NCBI GenBank assembly: GCA_013239625.1
Contig: MU053304.1
Coordinates: 186,001-250,000 of the forward strand
DNA from: Lama guanicoe
Taxonomy: Eukaryota
Direction: 5' to 3'
DNA length: 64,000 bases
In this document: positions 38,358 to 51,520 of the stretch, one piece after another
Layout: each line of letters opens with the position of its first letter
How positions within the stretch are numbered: the first letter of the stretch is position 1
Position numbers and translations under genes: made by a program
Notes under the pieces: generated by a model
Told to the model about the DNA's origin: nothing
Database searches by the model: none
What the model saw: the letters and a program-made list of their open reading frames with translations, nothing else

Positions 38358-40871
38358 CTGAAGAAAATAGAAAAGTTCTGCTAAATCACTAGAGGGAAAA
38401 AAGGGAAAGAACAGATTTTTCGTTTTTCACTTTTCTCTCCTAAGGATAAAACTGCACATTCAGAAGCACTTGACACTCACCGTGTAGTCTGAAAAAGGAT
38501 CTTTATTCTCCAGATACACAGACTATCTTATGGAGATGATCAATCCAGTAGTGCCAGATTGGTGCTCAGCTCTTCAAGATGCCCAAGACCAATGCTATAT
38601 CCACTTCTCATTTTTCTGATGTACATTTTCATCCTCTCACCCCCAAAGGCCTTTAATACCACAAATACCATGCTGCTTCATAAGGATTCATCACATGGGA
38701 TCAATTAGAATGTTGGGAAATGACAAAAGAACTCAACATAGTATGTCACTACACTCCCAAATGAAACCACAAGAATATAAGATGAAGTGGAAAAAACAAA
38801 ATTTTGAACAAAAGTTTATAAAATGTTCTCATAAAAAATATAAACCTTAATTCTCCATTTTGAGGCCTGAGATCACTAGAGAAAGCACACAACTGACAGA
38901 CATTTACACTAGAAGTAAGAATGAAGCATTACAAAATCTGTCAAATATTTTTCATTTTTTAAAAATGAAGCAAATAGGAGAAAAGAATCCAGCTACTAAT
39001 CCATTCAATGAGTTAGTCACATGACAATCATATGACAGTACTCTTTGATTTCTGTGGGCACTATATTAAAATACACCAAGTGTTGTTTAACCACTAGGAA
39101 AAAAAACATGACCCTATTGCAAATTTGCCCGTCTACATTAGCAAAAAAGACAGCAGATTTTGTAGGTCCTAGATGTTACTTACAACACCATATCCTTTTA
39201 ATAATCTATTGCTGGGTGAGAAATCTATGTGCAATTTAAACATATAATCAAGATGTGACCATATATATATGAATTTGATCACTATTGGTAGCATGTTCAT
39301 TTCATTCCTTCAAACAAATGCCAGAAGGTCAATCTCATGGCAGGAACCCTCATGAGGCCTATACTCTAGAACAGACGGTGAACAACTGACTCATTCAACA
39401 AATCATTACAGAGTATCTTTCATGGTGCAGGTGCTGTTCCAAGCGGCAAGGATACAACAGTGTTCACAATCAAAAGCCTAATAGTGAAAAATGCTAGTGA
39501 AAAAATATATAATATGGAAATGCTGGTTATTAGAGAGTTAGGCTAGCTCAACCAGTAGGGTGACTGCGGGGATGTCTCCTGGAGGAAGTGACATTTGAGC
39601 AGAGACCTGAATAAAGTGAGTGAGCAGTTCTAGCAGTTTCTCTGCATGTTTATATTTGAGAGGTCTAATATTTTTCTGAGTTTAACCCTGAGGTTTCAAA
39701 TTAGATGTTTGCCTTCAACAAACCAGATTAATGTTCGAATTAGATCACACAAAGATCATGCTTAATGAAAGATCTTCATTTTATACAAGGTAGAAAAAGT
39801 TATTAAAAGAAATCTTTCCCAAAACATTATAATGTCACAGATTTCAATTAACATTAGTCCCCAGACAATGAATATTATATATACACCCAGAAAATCAAAG
39901 TAAAATATTACAAAGATATTCACAATCAGAATACAGACTATATATAGAATATATAGAATATATATAGACATAGGTATGGAATATAATTAATATTTATATA
40001 TCTATATATTATATATTCTATATATAGAGAGAATTTATTCCCAAAGTTTTAAAAAATTTGACTTCATGAAAATGGGATAACAGAAAAACTTGTATACAAT
40101 GGTGAATTTTTCTGAGCAAAACTGTGCCTTTTTGAAAACTTGATTCCTAATTTCTGAATACATTTATTGAAATTTTTTCAACTCTTGCCATGTTCTGACC
40201 CTTGTCAGATTCATTTGTTTATTCATTTGTTCATTCATTCATTTATTCATTATTTCCAGGTTTGCTCATTATTTCCCAAAAAACAAGGATCCTTTTCTTT
40301 GACAGTAAAACAAACAAACAAACAAACAAAAAATGTTCAACTGGCTAGGCCAGAAACCTCTAAAAAAGATTCCCCTCAGGCCCCTTCCTGCTTGAGAACA
40401 TTAGAGTGAAGCAACAGCTAGGTGTTAAATTAATATACAATTATAAAACCAGCTCTCCTCTCGACACTTCTGCCTTGACATTTGAGTCCTGGTTTTCATA
40501 TTTGACCCAAAGTATATCATTCAAAAAACAGAGAATTCACTGACGGATTAGAGAAGGAAAAGAATCTGCTATCACTCAAATCAGCAAATCTATTCAATCT
40601 CCTTAAGTGTGCCTGGCAAATTCAGTAACATTTAGATCTGCCCTTGATATCTCCAAAGAATTAATACAACCTTGGGCACTGTCAGAACAGCCCAAAGCAC
40701 AGGCAGGAGGTACACAGGCATATGGTGCCTGAAGCACGAAGGCTATAACATTACCACTGGTCTATTGTTGTTCTACATCATCCAATACATACTTTTATCT
40801 CAGACAGAGAAGAGTTGGGGGCAAGGGTGAAAGAAAACAACTGACACTCTGGAGTTAAGACTAGTAGGTAA

Positions 40872-41023
40872 GGGGGAGGGTATAGCTCAGTGGTAGAGTG
40901 AGCTGCTTAGTATGCACGAGGTCCTGGGTTCAATCCTCGGTATCTCCACTAAAAATAAATAAACCTAATAACCTCCCCCACAAAAGTAAAACAAACAAAC
41001 AAACAAAAGACTTAAAAAAAAAA
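40872..41023 (+). mobile_element. tRNA-Ala-derived SINE (camelid Vic-1 type) with 15-bp TSD
   Basis: gggggagggtatagctcagtggtagag (A box)...gggttcaatcc (B box)...ctcca plus A-rich tail. Perfect TSD aagactagtaggtaa at 40857-40871 and 41024-41038. Confidence 0.92.
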
Positions 41024-41530
41024 AAGACTAGTAGGTAAAATGTGGTCTTTTGGAAAGGTGTCAAGCAAAGGGTCTAGGCCTTGTGGTTTCTATTATGTAT
41101 TTATTGCTGTCATCAGTTTCACAAAGGATTTGATTCCCACAGACCATAGAGAAAATATTACAGGGGCAACCAGAATTCTGACTTTATAAAATTTGAAGGC
41201 TCAACTATCCCACAATGAAAGATAGTCTTTGTATGTATGTGTACATGTGTGAATAAAATACAAAAAGAATTCTGTAATCACTATGATTCTGCCTACCTAC
41301 ATATTAAGAATTATGCTTTGGCTTACACATACAAAGTTCGAGGAAAAGTCAATGGGAAGAGGAGACCAGTAGAAAGAAGTAACCAGAGTACAGCAAGCTT
41401 AACTGTGTACAGTACATTTCAAAACCGACTCAGTTCTGACTTTACGATAATCTCCATGGTTTAGATTAGCTATACTTAAGAACTGGTGTTTTAGGCACTA
41501 AGAGTTTCAGCTAATTAAGAAGGAAGGAAA

Positions 41531-41664
41531 TATGGTGGAAAAGAATATGAAAATGAATATATATACGTTCATGTATGACTGAAGAATTATGCTGCACAAC
41601 AGAAATTGACACAACATGTAAGCTGACTATACTTCAAGAAAAAATATACATATATATTTTAAAA
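41531..41664 (+). mobile_element. Very short L1 3' end insertion with 14-bp TSD, within an older L1MC/MD 3' fragment (to about 41970)
   Basis: TSD aagaaggaaggaaa at 41517-41530 and 41665-41678. Body is related to the other young L1 tails. Confidence 0.85.
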
Positions 41665-41984
41665 AAGAAGGAAGGAAAGACTTTAACTACTACCATTTTG
41701 CGATCACTACTGAAATAATGGATTCAGAAAATGATCATCAATGGTTGCTAAATGCTGATTGGGGTGGAGTTTTATAATAGATGGACGAGAGTAGCAATAC
41801 CTGAACCCACTGATCAATATAAATACCATACAAAGAGAAAGAACCAAAGTGCTTCCTTATGCACTATACTTTGGAAGTACATTCCACCATCTATGCAGTA
41901 TTTTCCCCCTAAATTGAACTTGAATTTGACCTGATACAGGGAACAGAGGAAGATGTTAAACAACACTAGGCAGAGGATTCATTT

Positions 41985-42960
41985 ACACTCACTCCCTACA
42001 TGATCTGATCCAGTCTCATTGCTTTAAATCTCTCTATACACTATTAATTCCAAAAAATTAAATGTCAAGCCTCAACTTTCCCCTGAATTTCAGACTTGCA
42101 TCCAGTTGCCTACTTGACATCTTCATCTGGATGTCAGCTGGCACCTAAAGAGAACCCTCGGTCCCCATCAGAACCCACTCTTCTCCCAGCACTGCCTCTC
42201 AGCAGATGGCACCAAACTACAGCACCACCTTTGACTCTCTCCCTCTTACACCCCACATTCAGTCCATCAAGAAAGCCCACTGGCCCTTCCTTTAAAATAT
42301 ATCCTTTTGCCATTTCCACTGTTATTATACAAGTTCAAGCAACCTTTATCTCCTTGCAGAACTACTGCAATAACTGGTCTCCTGATTTTCATTTTGGACC
42401 AAAGCAGCTAGCGTGACCTTTTTAAAACAAATCAGATCATGTCACTCTCCCATAAGTTTCCCAAAGTCTCCATCACCATGCCACAAGGTCTTGTCAAACC
42501 TAGCCCATATCTATTTTTCCATTCTCATTTTCTACAACTTCTTCCTTTGCAAATTACACTCCAATCCTACAGCTAATCTTGCTATTCCTAGAATACCAAA
42601 ACCTTCCATCTTGAGATTTTGGCACTTACGATTCCCTCTATCTGGAAAACTCTTTCCCCAGCTATGCACAGGGATTGCTCTCTTCATTTTGTTCAGGTCT
42701 CTGCTCAAATATCCTCCTCTCAGAGAGGCGGTCCCTGATCACATCAACTAAAACAGCCCCACCTTGCTGTTATTATTCTATCCTCTTACCCTGCTTTATT
42801 TTTCACTACCTGACAATGTATTACATACTTATTTACTTTCTGTCTCTCAATTAGGATGTAGGTTTCATGAGCACAGAGGCTGGCTTACTCACTTCTACAT
42901 TCCAAGAGTTGAGAACAGCATTTAGTAACCACTCAAATACATGTTGAATGAATGAATGAA
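41985..42960 (+). mobile_element. L2 3' fragment
   Basis: L2 body motifs, ending cactcaaatacatgttgaatgaatgaatgaa. Confidence 0.8.
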
Positions 42961-44282
42961 TTGCAATTAATTAGGATATGACATGTTTAGAGTCTGCCTT
43001 TCCTGATAAATGTAAGCTCTGTTAAGAGACCATGGTAGGCCTGACACAGTGTATACTCAAGTCTCATCTCAATGACTGAAAAACCAGAGATGGCATCTAA
43101 CATTCCCACGTAACTAAAATCTACCAATCTCTAAAGATCTAGTACAAATGGCTTGGATTTTCTATAACCCAGAATCCACCACAGTCTTCTCAGTTCCTCC
43201 TCATGCCCTACTACCTGCCCCAGACAAGAGTAATTTCTCCCTTAACCAAAGTTCCAAAGCAATTTATATCTACCTCTTTTACGGCACTTCTCACTTTTTT
43301 TCACTATACTAGTGTTGTCTATTTATGTGATTTACCTCATCTGTTAAGACTATATACTCATCAGTTATAGTTTATATATCTTTGCATATTCTGTAGCAAC
43401 TTGCATAATCAATCTAGGTGGTCAATATTTGATGTGTAAACAGATAGATAAAGGGGTAGAAAGATGAAAAAAATGAATATGAAAGACCATCAGGATGCAA
43501 GAGAGCTTTCAGAACAATTTCCAGACACAGGAGTACGTGGCTTAGAAAGTAGCAGCCCAATCTTCCCTTGCTCTGTAAAGTTAGAGGCCTTCTTCTGTGG
43601 GACAGACGTTGAAAAAGTTGAAAAGTCTAGTTCAGTGGTTCTCAGTTTTGAAGTTTAGCAGCTCCCCCTGAGAATCAGGTGAAAGCTATAAACACTTCCT
43701 CCACAGAAAAATATGCATCTACAAACAAACAGAAAACACTCCGTAAGAATGCACAAGTAAGGAGGATAAAGTCTGGTGCTGAAGGCTACCAGTTCAGGTC
43801 GATCCATATTCTGGAGAGCTCTGGGTTCAGAGTGAAAAGAGGGGGGCCTCAGGAAAATGCATATATTACTGACCTGGTTAACTGAGGACTTTTTAAATTC
43901 CTCTGGTTTCCTCCACAGACCTGAGAGAGGCAGCTGACTGCACTTGTTATTCCGAGTGCATGCTGCAACTGAGATTATTTCTCCTTTGGAGATTTAGTCT
44001 AGTTTCTGGAGGACAGGACAGAAATGGATTAGTAAGGGAATCAAATCACCGGGTCATACAGAACTTTTTCACGCTCAGTCTTGTTCCATAAACAGGATGG
44101 GATCAGCATCACATAAGCCCTGCTAATAAAAATAAATAGTGAAAATATAGGCAGATATCAGTTGGGGAGTCCTGATATGAAATAAAAGTGTCACTTGAAG
44201 GTACTAAAAATGCTCAAGAAATAGCACACTATAATACTTATTAATTTTAATTTCCTTGAACCACCCCCCTCTTTAAACCCAA

Positions 44283-44305
44283 ACACACACACACACACAC
44301 ACACA
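44283..44305. repeat. (AC)n microsatellite, about 11 units
   Basis: Read directly from the sequence. Confidence 0.95.
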
Positions 44306-44849
44306 GAAATGTTTGTCAGATATACCCTGCAGTTAATTTTACCACTGATAGATCTATAATCTACCTATTGTCTCATTTTGGAGGGTAAAATTGGGTGATG
44401 TAATGGAGTGGCAGTGTGATGAGAGGAAAAGGTGATCCCCTTTCTCCAGCAGGCTGCAATCCTTATGCTCTAGGGGGTGGAGAGAAGTAATCCGGCCTCT
44501 TCAGTAGTACCTGGGAGTAACCTTGAAAACTATTAATGATAAAACTGAGAGGGGGCTATCAGAAGCCTACCATTGAAAGGAATAGGCCTAAGTCCAGAAT
44601 CTTGAGTTCAGAGACACAGAGCGTAAAAAATATACCTTTTGGAAAAGGAGGGTGAGTGTAGAATGACTTCTGTACTTTAAGGGGAACATAAGTCCTTTGT
44701 CAGCAAAGAAATGGCAAACTGCCTTATAGAACACCACTACTTTGAAGACAAGAACGCTTGCTAAATCACAGACACTATGCAATCATGTGAATGGAAAATG
44801 GCTAAGAAAGATGCTACTCTAAAAGTCTAGCAGAATTGTTTTTAGAAGA

Positions 44850-45300
44850 TAATATTTGAGAAAATATATCGGGAAATACATTTTAAACATGACCAAAAAG
44901 CACTGCAATGAAAGAAAATGATAAATTTAACTCCATTAAAATTAAACTTTTCCTTTTATCCTAAAATAACGTAAAAGAAATTTTAAAAGATAAATCGTAG
45001 AAGTGCTCATATCCAGAATACATAAAGAACTCCTATAGATCAGCAAAAGACATTCCAATAGGGAAAATGGGGGATAGGCTTACAGACACTTAACAAAATA
45101 GTGAATCTTTACCACCAAATAGCCAATAAAGATGGGAAGGTGCTCAGCCTCATTTGTCATCAAAGAAATGCAAATTAAAACCACAATGAGATAACACTAC
45201 AAACCACAGATAGGCAAAAACTAAAAATCCTGACAATATCAAATGTTAGCAAGAATGCACAGCAAGCACTACACTGCTGGTATGAATGTCCACTGGTCCT
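44850..45300 (+). mobile_element. L1ME-type ORF2 C-terminal fragment
   Basis: atatccagaatacataaagaactcct...gaaatgcaaattaaaaccacaatgagata. Confidence 0.75.
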
Positions 45301-46726
45301 GCCCTTTGTAACAGATCACGACTGGGTGGGAAAGTAGAAAACAGATCCACTCTACTCCTGCCCTGGCTTATTCCATTACACTGCCCTGCCTCACTCAGGA
45401 TTTTGACAGGTGAACACATATAAAGGAGACTAAGCTGGGAAAGGACACCTATGCAAGAGCAAGATAAGAAAATGCAAATTTTCCTTTGCGAAAGGCAAGT
45501 AACAGTGAAAATGTGCAGTAAGAGTGAGAAAGGTAGATGAAGAAGCAGATATGAAGAGCTCTGAATGCCAAATTAATGAGCCTAGTCTTTACTGTAAAGT
45601 TAGTCCAGTGGGGAAGCAGGGAAAAGTAATTAAGAGCAGGAACTGTAGTCTACACACTGGGTTTGCTCTGCTGCAAACCACTTTGGGAAAGTTACTTAAT
45701 CTCTTTGAATCTCAGTTTCACTAAGCATCATTAAGCCAAGCGTCAACTGAAAAGAGAAGCTGAGAACAGAGCCCTGAGAAAAGACTCAAAGGGGGTTCTG
45801 CAAGGATAGGAGTTAGTGAACCTGAGAGAATTTAAATATAATTACAAATATGGGGAACACTAAGGATGTCATTATCACTCTTCACATTCCTATTGTACAA
45901 TCTCCCTTGTGCTTTACACGCATTAGCTGATTTGATCCACACAATGATCTTGAGTGATACACAGAATAATTATCTCCATCTCACAGGGGTAAAAACAAGT
46001 TCAGATTTGTCACAATCCTACAGCTACTAAATTGCAGAGCTGTGACATGCACACAGATCTAGGGCTCTAAGTCCACTGCTCTTAGTCCTGGACACTCCTA
46101 TGGGAGAGTTCCTGCAAAAAGATTCCGAGTGAGCTTTGCACTGCCATCTCCCACCATTAACACCCAATGCATGATGCCTCTGCATCTTTTGCCTGCCTGG
46201 CAAATACCCAATCAAAATTTAAGATCCAGCTCTTCTGTAAATGCTTCTCTGACTAACTTCCCCCATCTCTTAAGAAATGTTCTGTTTCCTTCCTTTGTTC
46301 CACTACTATTCCTTAACTATTCTTTCATTATGTGGTTTGTTGATCAGGCTATATATATTCCATTTATTTTCTGGCATATTTCTCTCTTCCACCAGACAGC
46401 AAGCCACACCACATTCATTTTTTATATCCCCCAGAGGTTCCCAAAATGCTTGGCATATAAAATATCCTCAATAAATATCGGTTTCCTTTACTTTTCTTCT
46501 GAAGAGAACATGAAAAACTTGAATTGGCTGCAAAAGAAGCATTCTTTAAAAAAAATTACAAGAAATAAATAACTACCAAGCAGCAAGAGCCAGCTAAATT
46601 CAGATGCTTGTCTATATAATGTTGATACTGCACTGCCCTGCACTAATGCACTATGTCTGGAAACCAGGGAAGAGACACCAATCATTTTATCACAGTTGAA
46701 ACTTACCATCATAAAAAGCAAATATA

Positions 46727-47690
46727 CGGAGATTCCTCAAAAGACTAGGAATAGCCTTACCATATGACCCAGGAATCCCGCTCCTGGTCATATATCCAGA
46801 AGGAACCCTACTTCAAAATGACACCTGCACCCCAATGTTGATAGCAGCACTATTTACAATAGCTAAGGCATGGAAACAATCTAAATGTCCATTGACAGAT
46901 GACTAGATACAGAAGATGTGGTATATTTATACAATGGAATACTATTCAGCCATAAAAACTGACAATATAACATCATTTGCAGCAACATGGATGTTTCTGT
47001 TTCTGGAGAATGTCATTCTAAGTGAAGTAATCCAGAAAGAGGAAGAAAAATACCATGTGAGATCGCTCATATGTGGAATCTAAAAAAAATAAAATAAAAT
47101 AAATACAAAATAGAAACAGACTCATAGACATAGAATACAAACTTGTGGTTGCCAAGGGGGTGGGGGATGGGAAGGGACAGACTGGGATTTCAAAATGGAG
47201 AATAGATAAACAAGATTATATTGTATAGCACAGGGAAATATATACAAGATCTTATGGTAGCTCACAGAGAAAAAAAAAAAAATGTCAATTAATACATATA
47301 TGTTCATGCAGAACTGAAAAATTGTGCTCTACACTGGAATTTGACACAACATTGTAAAATTATTATGACTCAATAAAAACTGTTTAAAAATAAAACAAAA
47401 CAAAACATAAGTACAAAACAGAAACAGACTCATAGACATAGAATACAAACTTATGGTTGCCAAGGGAGCGGGGGGTGGGAAGGGACAAACTGGGATTTCA
47501 AAACGTAGAATAGATAAGCAAGATTATACTGTATAGCACAGAGAAATATATACAAGATCTTATGGTAGCTCACAGTGAAAAAAATGTGACAATGAATATA
47601 CATATGTTCATGTATAATTGAAAAATTGTGCTCTACACTGGAATTTGACACAACATTGTAAAATGACTATAACTCAATAAAAAAAGTTTA
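46727..47690 (+). mobile_element. Young 5'-truncated L1 (ORF2 end plus two tandem 3' UTR copies) with 14-bp TSD
   Basis: TSD aaaaagcaaatata at 46713-46726 and 47691-47704. 3' UTR units at about 47082-47388 and 47389-47690. Confidence 0.92.
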
Positions 47691-48929
47691 AAAAAGCAAA
47701 TATAAATACATATGCAAATGAATAAAACTGGAAGATATTTAAATAAATGCATTTTTCTAAAATAATTCTAGGCCTTCATGTCTAAATTATTAACTCCAGT
47801 TGGAATATAAACCCAAATATAATCATGAAGTTCAGTTACCAATTTGAAAACAATAGTTTTAGCAAGGAAAATCATTAATGCCTAGATAAAGAAGAGAAGG
47901 CCTAGATCTGAGCACAGATTCCAGGCACATTTCCTGATTCCTGCAGAGTGTAAATAAAGGATCAATCTATCCCTCAGAAGGAGGGTGGGAAGATGTTTAC
48001 ACTGAGCTGTCAATTAGATCAACTGCAAATAGCAATTCAAACGCACCAGAATAAAGAAACCAGTCACTTCAAAACTGATATTTATTTGATTTTCCTTCCC
48101 TACCTTTCATAATTAATATAATGTATTTCAAAACTGGGGAGCAACAGAAAGAGTCCCTGTAACCAACTTAAATGGAATCCTAAATAAAAATGCCAAGTAA
48201 CATATCCATCATGCTGGCTTACCCAAACTCCAAGCACGAAACATTTCATAGTCTCCCTGTGTACCAATATAGGAAAACTCTTCCTTGAACATAAAAGCTA
48301 TCTTTGAAGGGTGCTATTTTAAATCCTGTAAAAAGAGCCAGTCTATATTAGCCCTGGAAAATTCTGCTCCAAGCATATAAATTCTGTGACACTCCCCTGG
48401 GGCAGGGGGTTGCTATCAACTTGGTAAAATGGAGTTTTCCAAAGAGATTTATATATGCCTATGTCCACAGGCACTTTCTGCTGAAAGGGCTGTTTAAAGC
48501 AGTGTCAGCTGAGGGCTTTGTGCACAGGGGATAACGCCCTGCCTATCCCACTACCTGAGCCTCTGATTTAGAGCTAATGCATGTCATGAAGTCCACCTAG
48601 GAGCCGCTTTTCATTTCTTGGCTCCTCTGGTTGGGCTTAAGTGACAGCACTCACTTGCCACACATGTTTTAACAAACTTTCAAATCCCTTAATGGCACAC
48701 TTGGGACAAAGTATAATACACTGTTCAGGAAATACCTTGGAGCCAAGAAAAGCAATTGATATTTCCACAGGGAGTTCTTGACAAGACTTGCCAATAAGCT
48801 GCTTTCGTTATAAAATATGACCATGGATACTATTATTTTAAAGACATTACAGACATTCTTAAAGGTATATATGTTACTGGGAACTTTGTTTGCCTATGGT
48901 AGTTAATCCAAAAGTACCTTTTATTTAGT

Positions 48930-49740
48930 TAACAGGAGTAGAACTATCCCCACTCTTCTAGTTACTCAGGCCAAAAATCTTACCATCTTTATCAATGGAC
49001 CAATTCCTCCCTCTCTCCCTCTCCCCCTCCCTCGCCCACCATCACATGCATCAGCTCATCCTATCAACTCTATCTTCATTGCCCCACAGGCACCACCCTG
49101 GTTCAGGCTCTGTCATCTCTCACCAGGATACAGGCAAGACCTCGCAAGGGGGTTTCCGCGCTTCTACTCTTGCCCTCTTTCAGTCTATTCCGCACACAGC
49201 AGTCAGAGTGAGCCTACGAACTGTAAGTCATAGCATGTCAATTCTCTGCTCTAAATCCTCCAAGGCGTCCCACCTCCACCAGAGCAAAAACCCAAATCCT
49301 GCCTGATGTGAGGGCCCTACCTGATCTCTGTCCCCACCCCGTGATCCCTCTGTCTGCGCCTCCAACTATTCTCCACCTCAGCCTCTTCGCTATTCCTTGA
49401 ACACGTCAGGCCTGTATTTGCTGTTCCCCAAGATTTTCACAAGGATACTCCCTCACTGCCTTCAGCTCTTAAAGTCACCTTCTCGAGAAGGCCTTCTTTG
49501 GTCACCCTATTTAAAAATATCAACTCCACCCCCAAATTCATAGCTTTCTTATTTTATTTATTTTTCCTCTTCAGTACCTACCACTATTGAGCATGCTACA
49601 TATGCTATTTTATTTACATTATTATGTCTTTTTCCAGGAAACGCAAGCTCCATGGAGGCAGGGACTTTTTTGCGCTTGTTCACTGTTACATTTGCAACAC
49701 TTAATACGGTACCTAATACAACGTCTCCCACACAATTCAT
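48930..49740 (+). mobile_element. L2 fragment
   Basis: cttctagttactcaggccaaaaatctt...aagctccatggaggcagggacttt...ttgttcactg. Confidence 0.75.
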
Positions 49741-51109
49741 CTTAGTGTGCTACTATCACCTTAATCTTAAAATATCAAAAATCATTCCAGCCCTTCCCCT
49801 CAAAGCATTTCCCCTTCCTGTTCTCTTTTTTACCAACATGACTGCCACTTTCTTCCAGGCCTTTTCAAACTCAAAACTTCACTACCATATTTGACTCTTC
49901 CTACTGCCAAACATACTGCTTCACCAAACCCTTCACTTGTCTTTTCACTTTCAAATATAACTGCTCTTATATTTCCACAAATTGCCTGGTATTCTCAGTG
50001 CCACCATCCTACACATTTACAGAAATAAAAAATCTTATTAAATTACCTTCTTACTCAAAAGCTTTTGTGGATTTCTCTTCCCTAGAGAAACTAATTCTTT
50101 GTTCTTTGGCTTATCATTTGAAGACCTGGACCTTCTCAATACCCACTGACTGTTTTTGACCATTTTCATTTGACTTGCCAATTCCTTCCATTATACACCA
50201 TTCACAGGCCACTGTAAATTCTTTCCTGGCTTAGATCACACCAACTCAAAATCAGGTTTCTAACAACTTAGAACAGCGGGACCTGTCTCCCTCTATTTCT
50301 CTGTGAGTACAGTAAGGAAAACTATATAACCGCCTTTTTTAATTGTTTGATTTTGTTTTAAATATTTTAAGAAAAAAAGGGGAAAGGACTCTTGGAGAAA
50401 TGATCCGCATCAAGGAGCCCTCCACTGTGCAGACCAGGGTTGTAGTGCAGGAGAGGAAGAGTGCAGAAGTCTGACGACTCCGGCTTTAGGGTCTCTGGAC
50501 AGTGTTCCTAAGAGATCACAGGACTTGAAACAGAATTCTGGTGTCCTGTAACATATGCCCTCTCTCCTCTTCTGCACGGCAACCACAAGAAACTAACTAA
50601 CCACACCTCACCCTGATACAACCAAGCCTTTGTACCTGGTCACCAAGAAGTAGGTGTAAGAAGCAGGTGTGCTTCCCCTTAGAGGAGAGACAGTTCACAG
50701 AACACAACAGAATCTAACTAATCTCCATAGCAAGGTAGTCAATATTTTGATGCCAGAAATGAGCAGAGAGGTAGGGAAGATAATTTGGAAGAATATCACA
50801 TCAAGTTCTGAAACTCAGGAACAGATAAAGTGAAGTCAGGCAAGAAGCTAAATAGAAGCAAACCTCAGGGAATACTTCGAGAGAGACAGAGACAGAGAGA
50901 GACCCAGGGTGCTGAGGGGACAGAGAGACAGACAAGAACTGGATAGAACTTCCAAAAACAGAGTTCCTGGGAGGAAGAAACAGATAAGTGTTGAGATTTA
51001 GTGGAAGAATATACACAAGTACACGTAACTCTGTGCACAGTGGTTGCTCTTCTTGGAACCTTATTCTTTACTGCATTTTGACTTAAGTTTCTAAAGCATA
51101 ATCAATGTA

Positions 51110-51520
51110 TTAATAATGACTGTTTTAGCTGCAAGAGACAAAAAAACTAACTTAAATTGGCTTTTTTAAAGTAATTGATTAGCTTATATAATTGGGTCAA
51201 TCTGATCAGATTGAGAGGCTCATCTGACGTTTGTAGGTATGTGTGTGTGTGCTCGCGTGCATGCGTGCACTCACACGTGCACAGGCTCAGATTTCCTTAC
51301 ATTAGCTCTAATACCAGGGCACCCACTCTTCATATGTCAAGAAGGATTCTAGTAGCTCCAGAATATATCCTCTTAGAGACCCTAGTGAAAAAAACACAGA
51401 AACTTCCATCTAGGTGTTTTGCAAAAAAGTCTCAGGACCACACTGCTGGAGTTGACTTGGGTCACATGCCCATTCCTGAATCAATCACTAGGGAATGTGG
51501 CCAGTTTTTCAGTCCTAGTA
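51110..51520. mobile_element. Old MLT1-like LTR fragment
   Basis: ttagctgcaagagacaaaaaaactaacttaaattggc...ttgggtcacatgcccattcctgaatcaatcact. Confidence 0.55.

Noticed and set aside
40872..40948. tRNA-Ala gene
   Set aside because: It has an extended 5' end, degenerate stems, an A-rich tail and a perfect 15-bp TSD, so it is a SINE.
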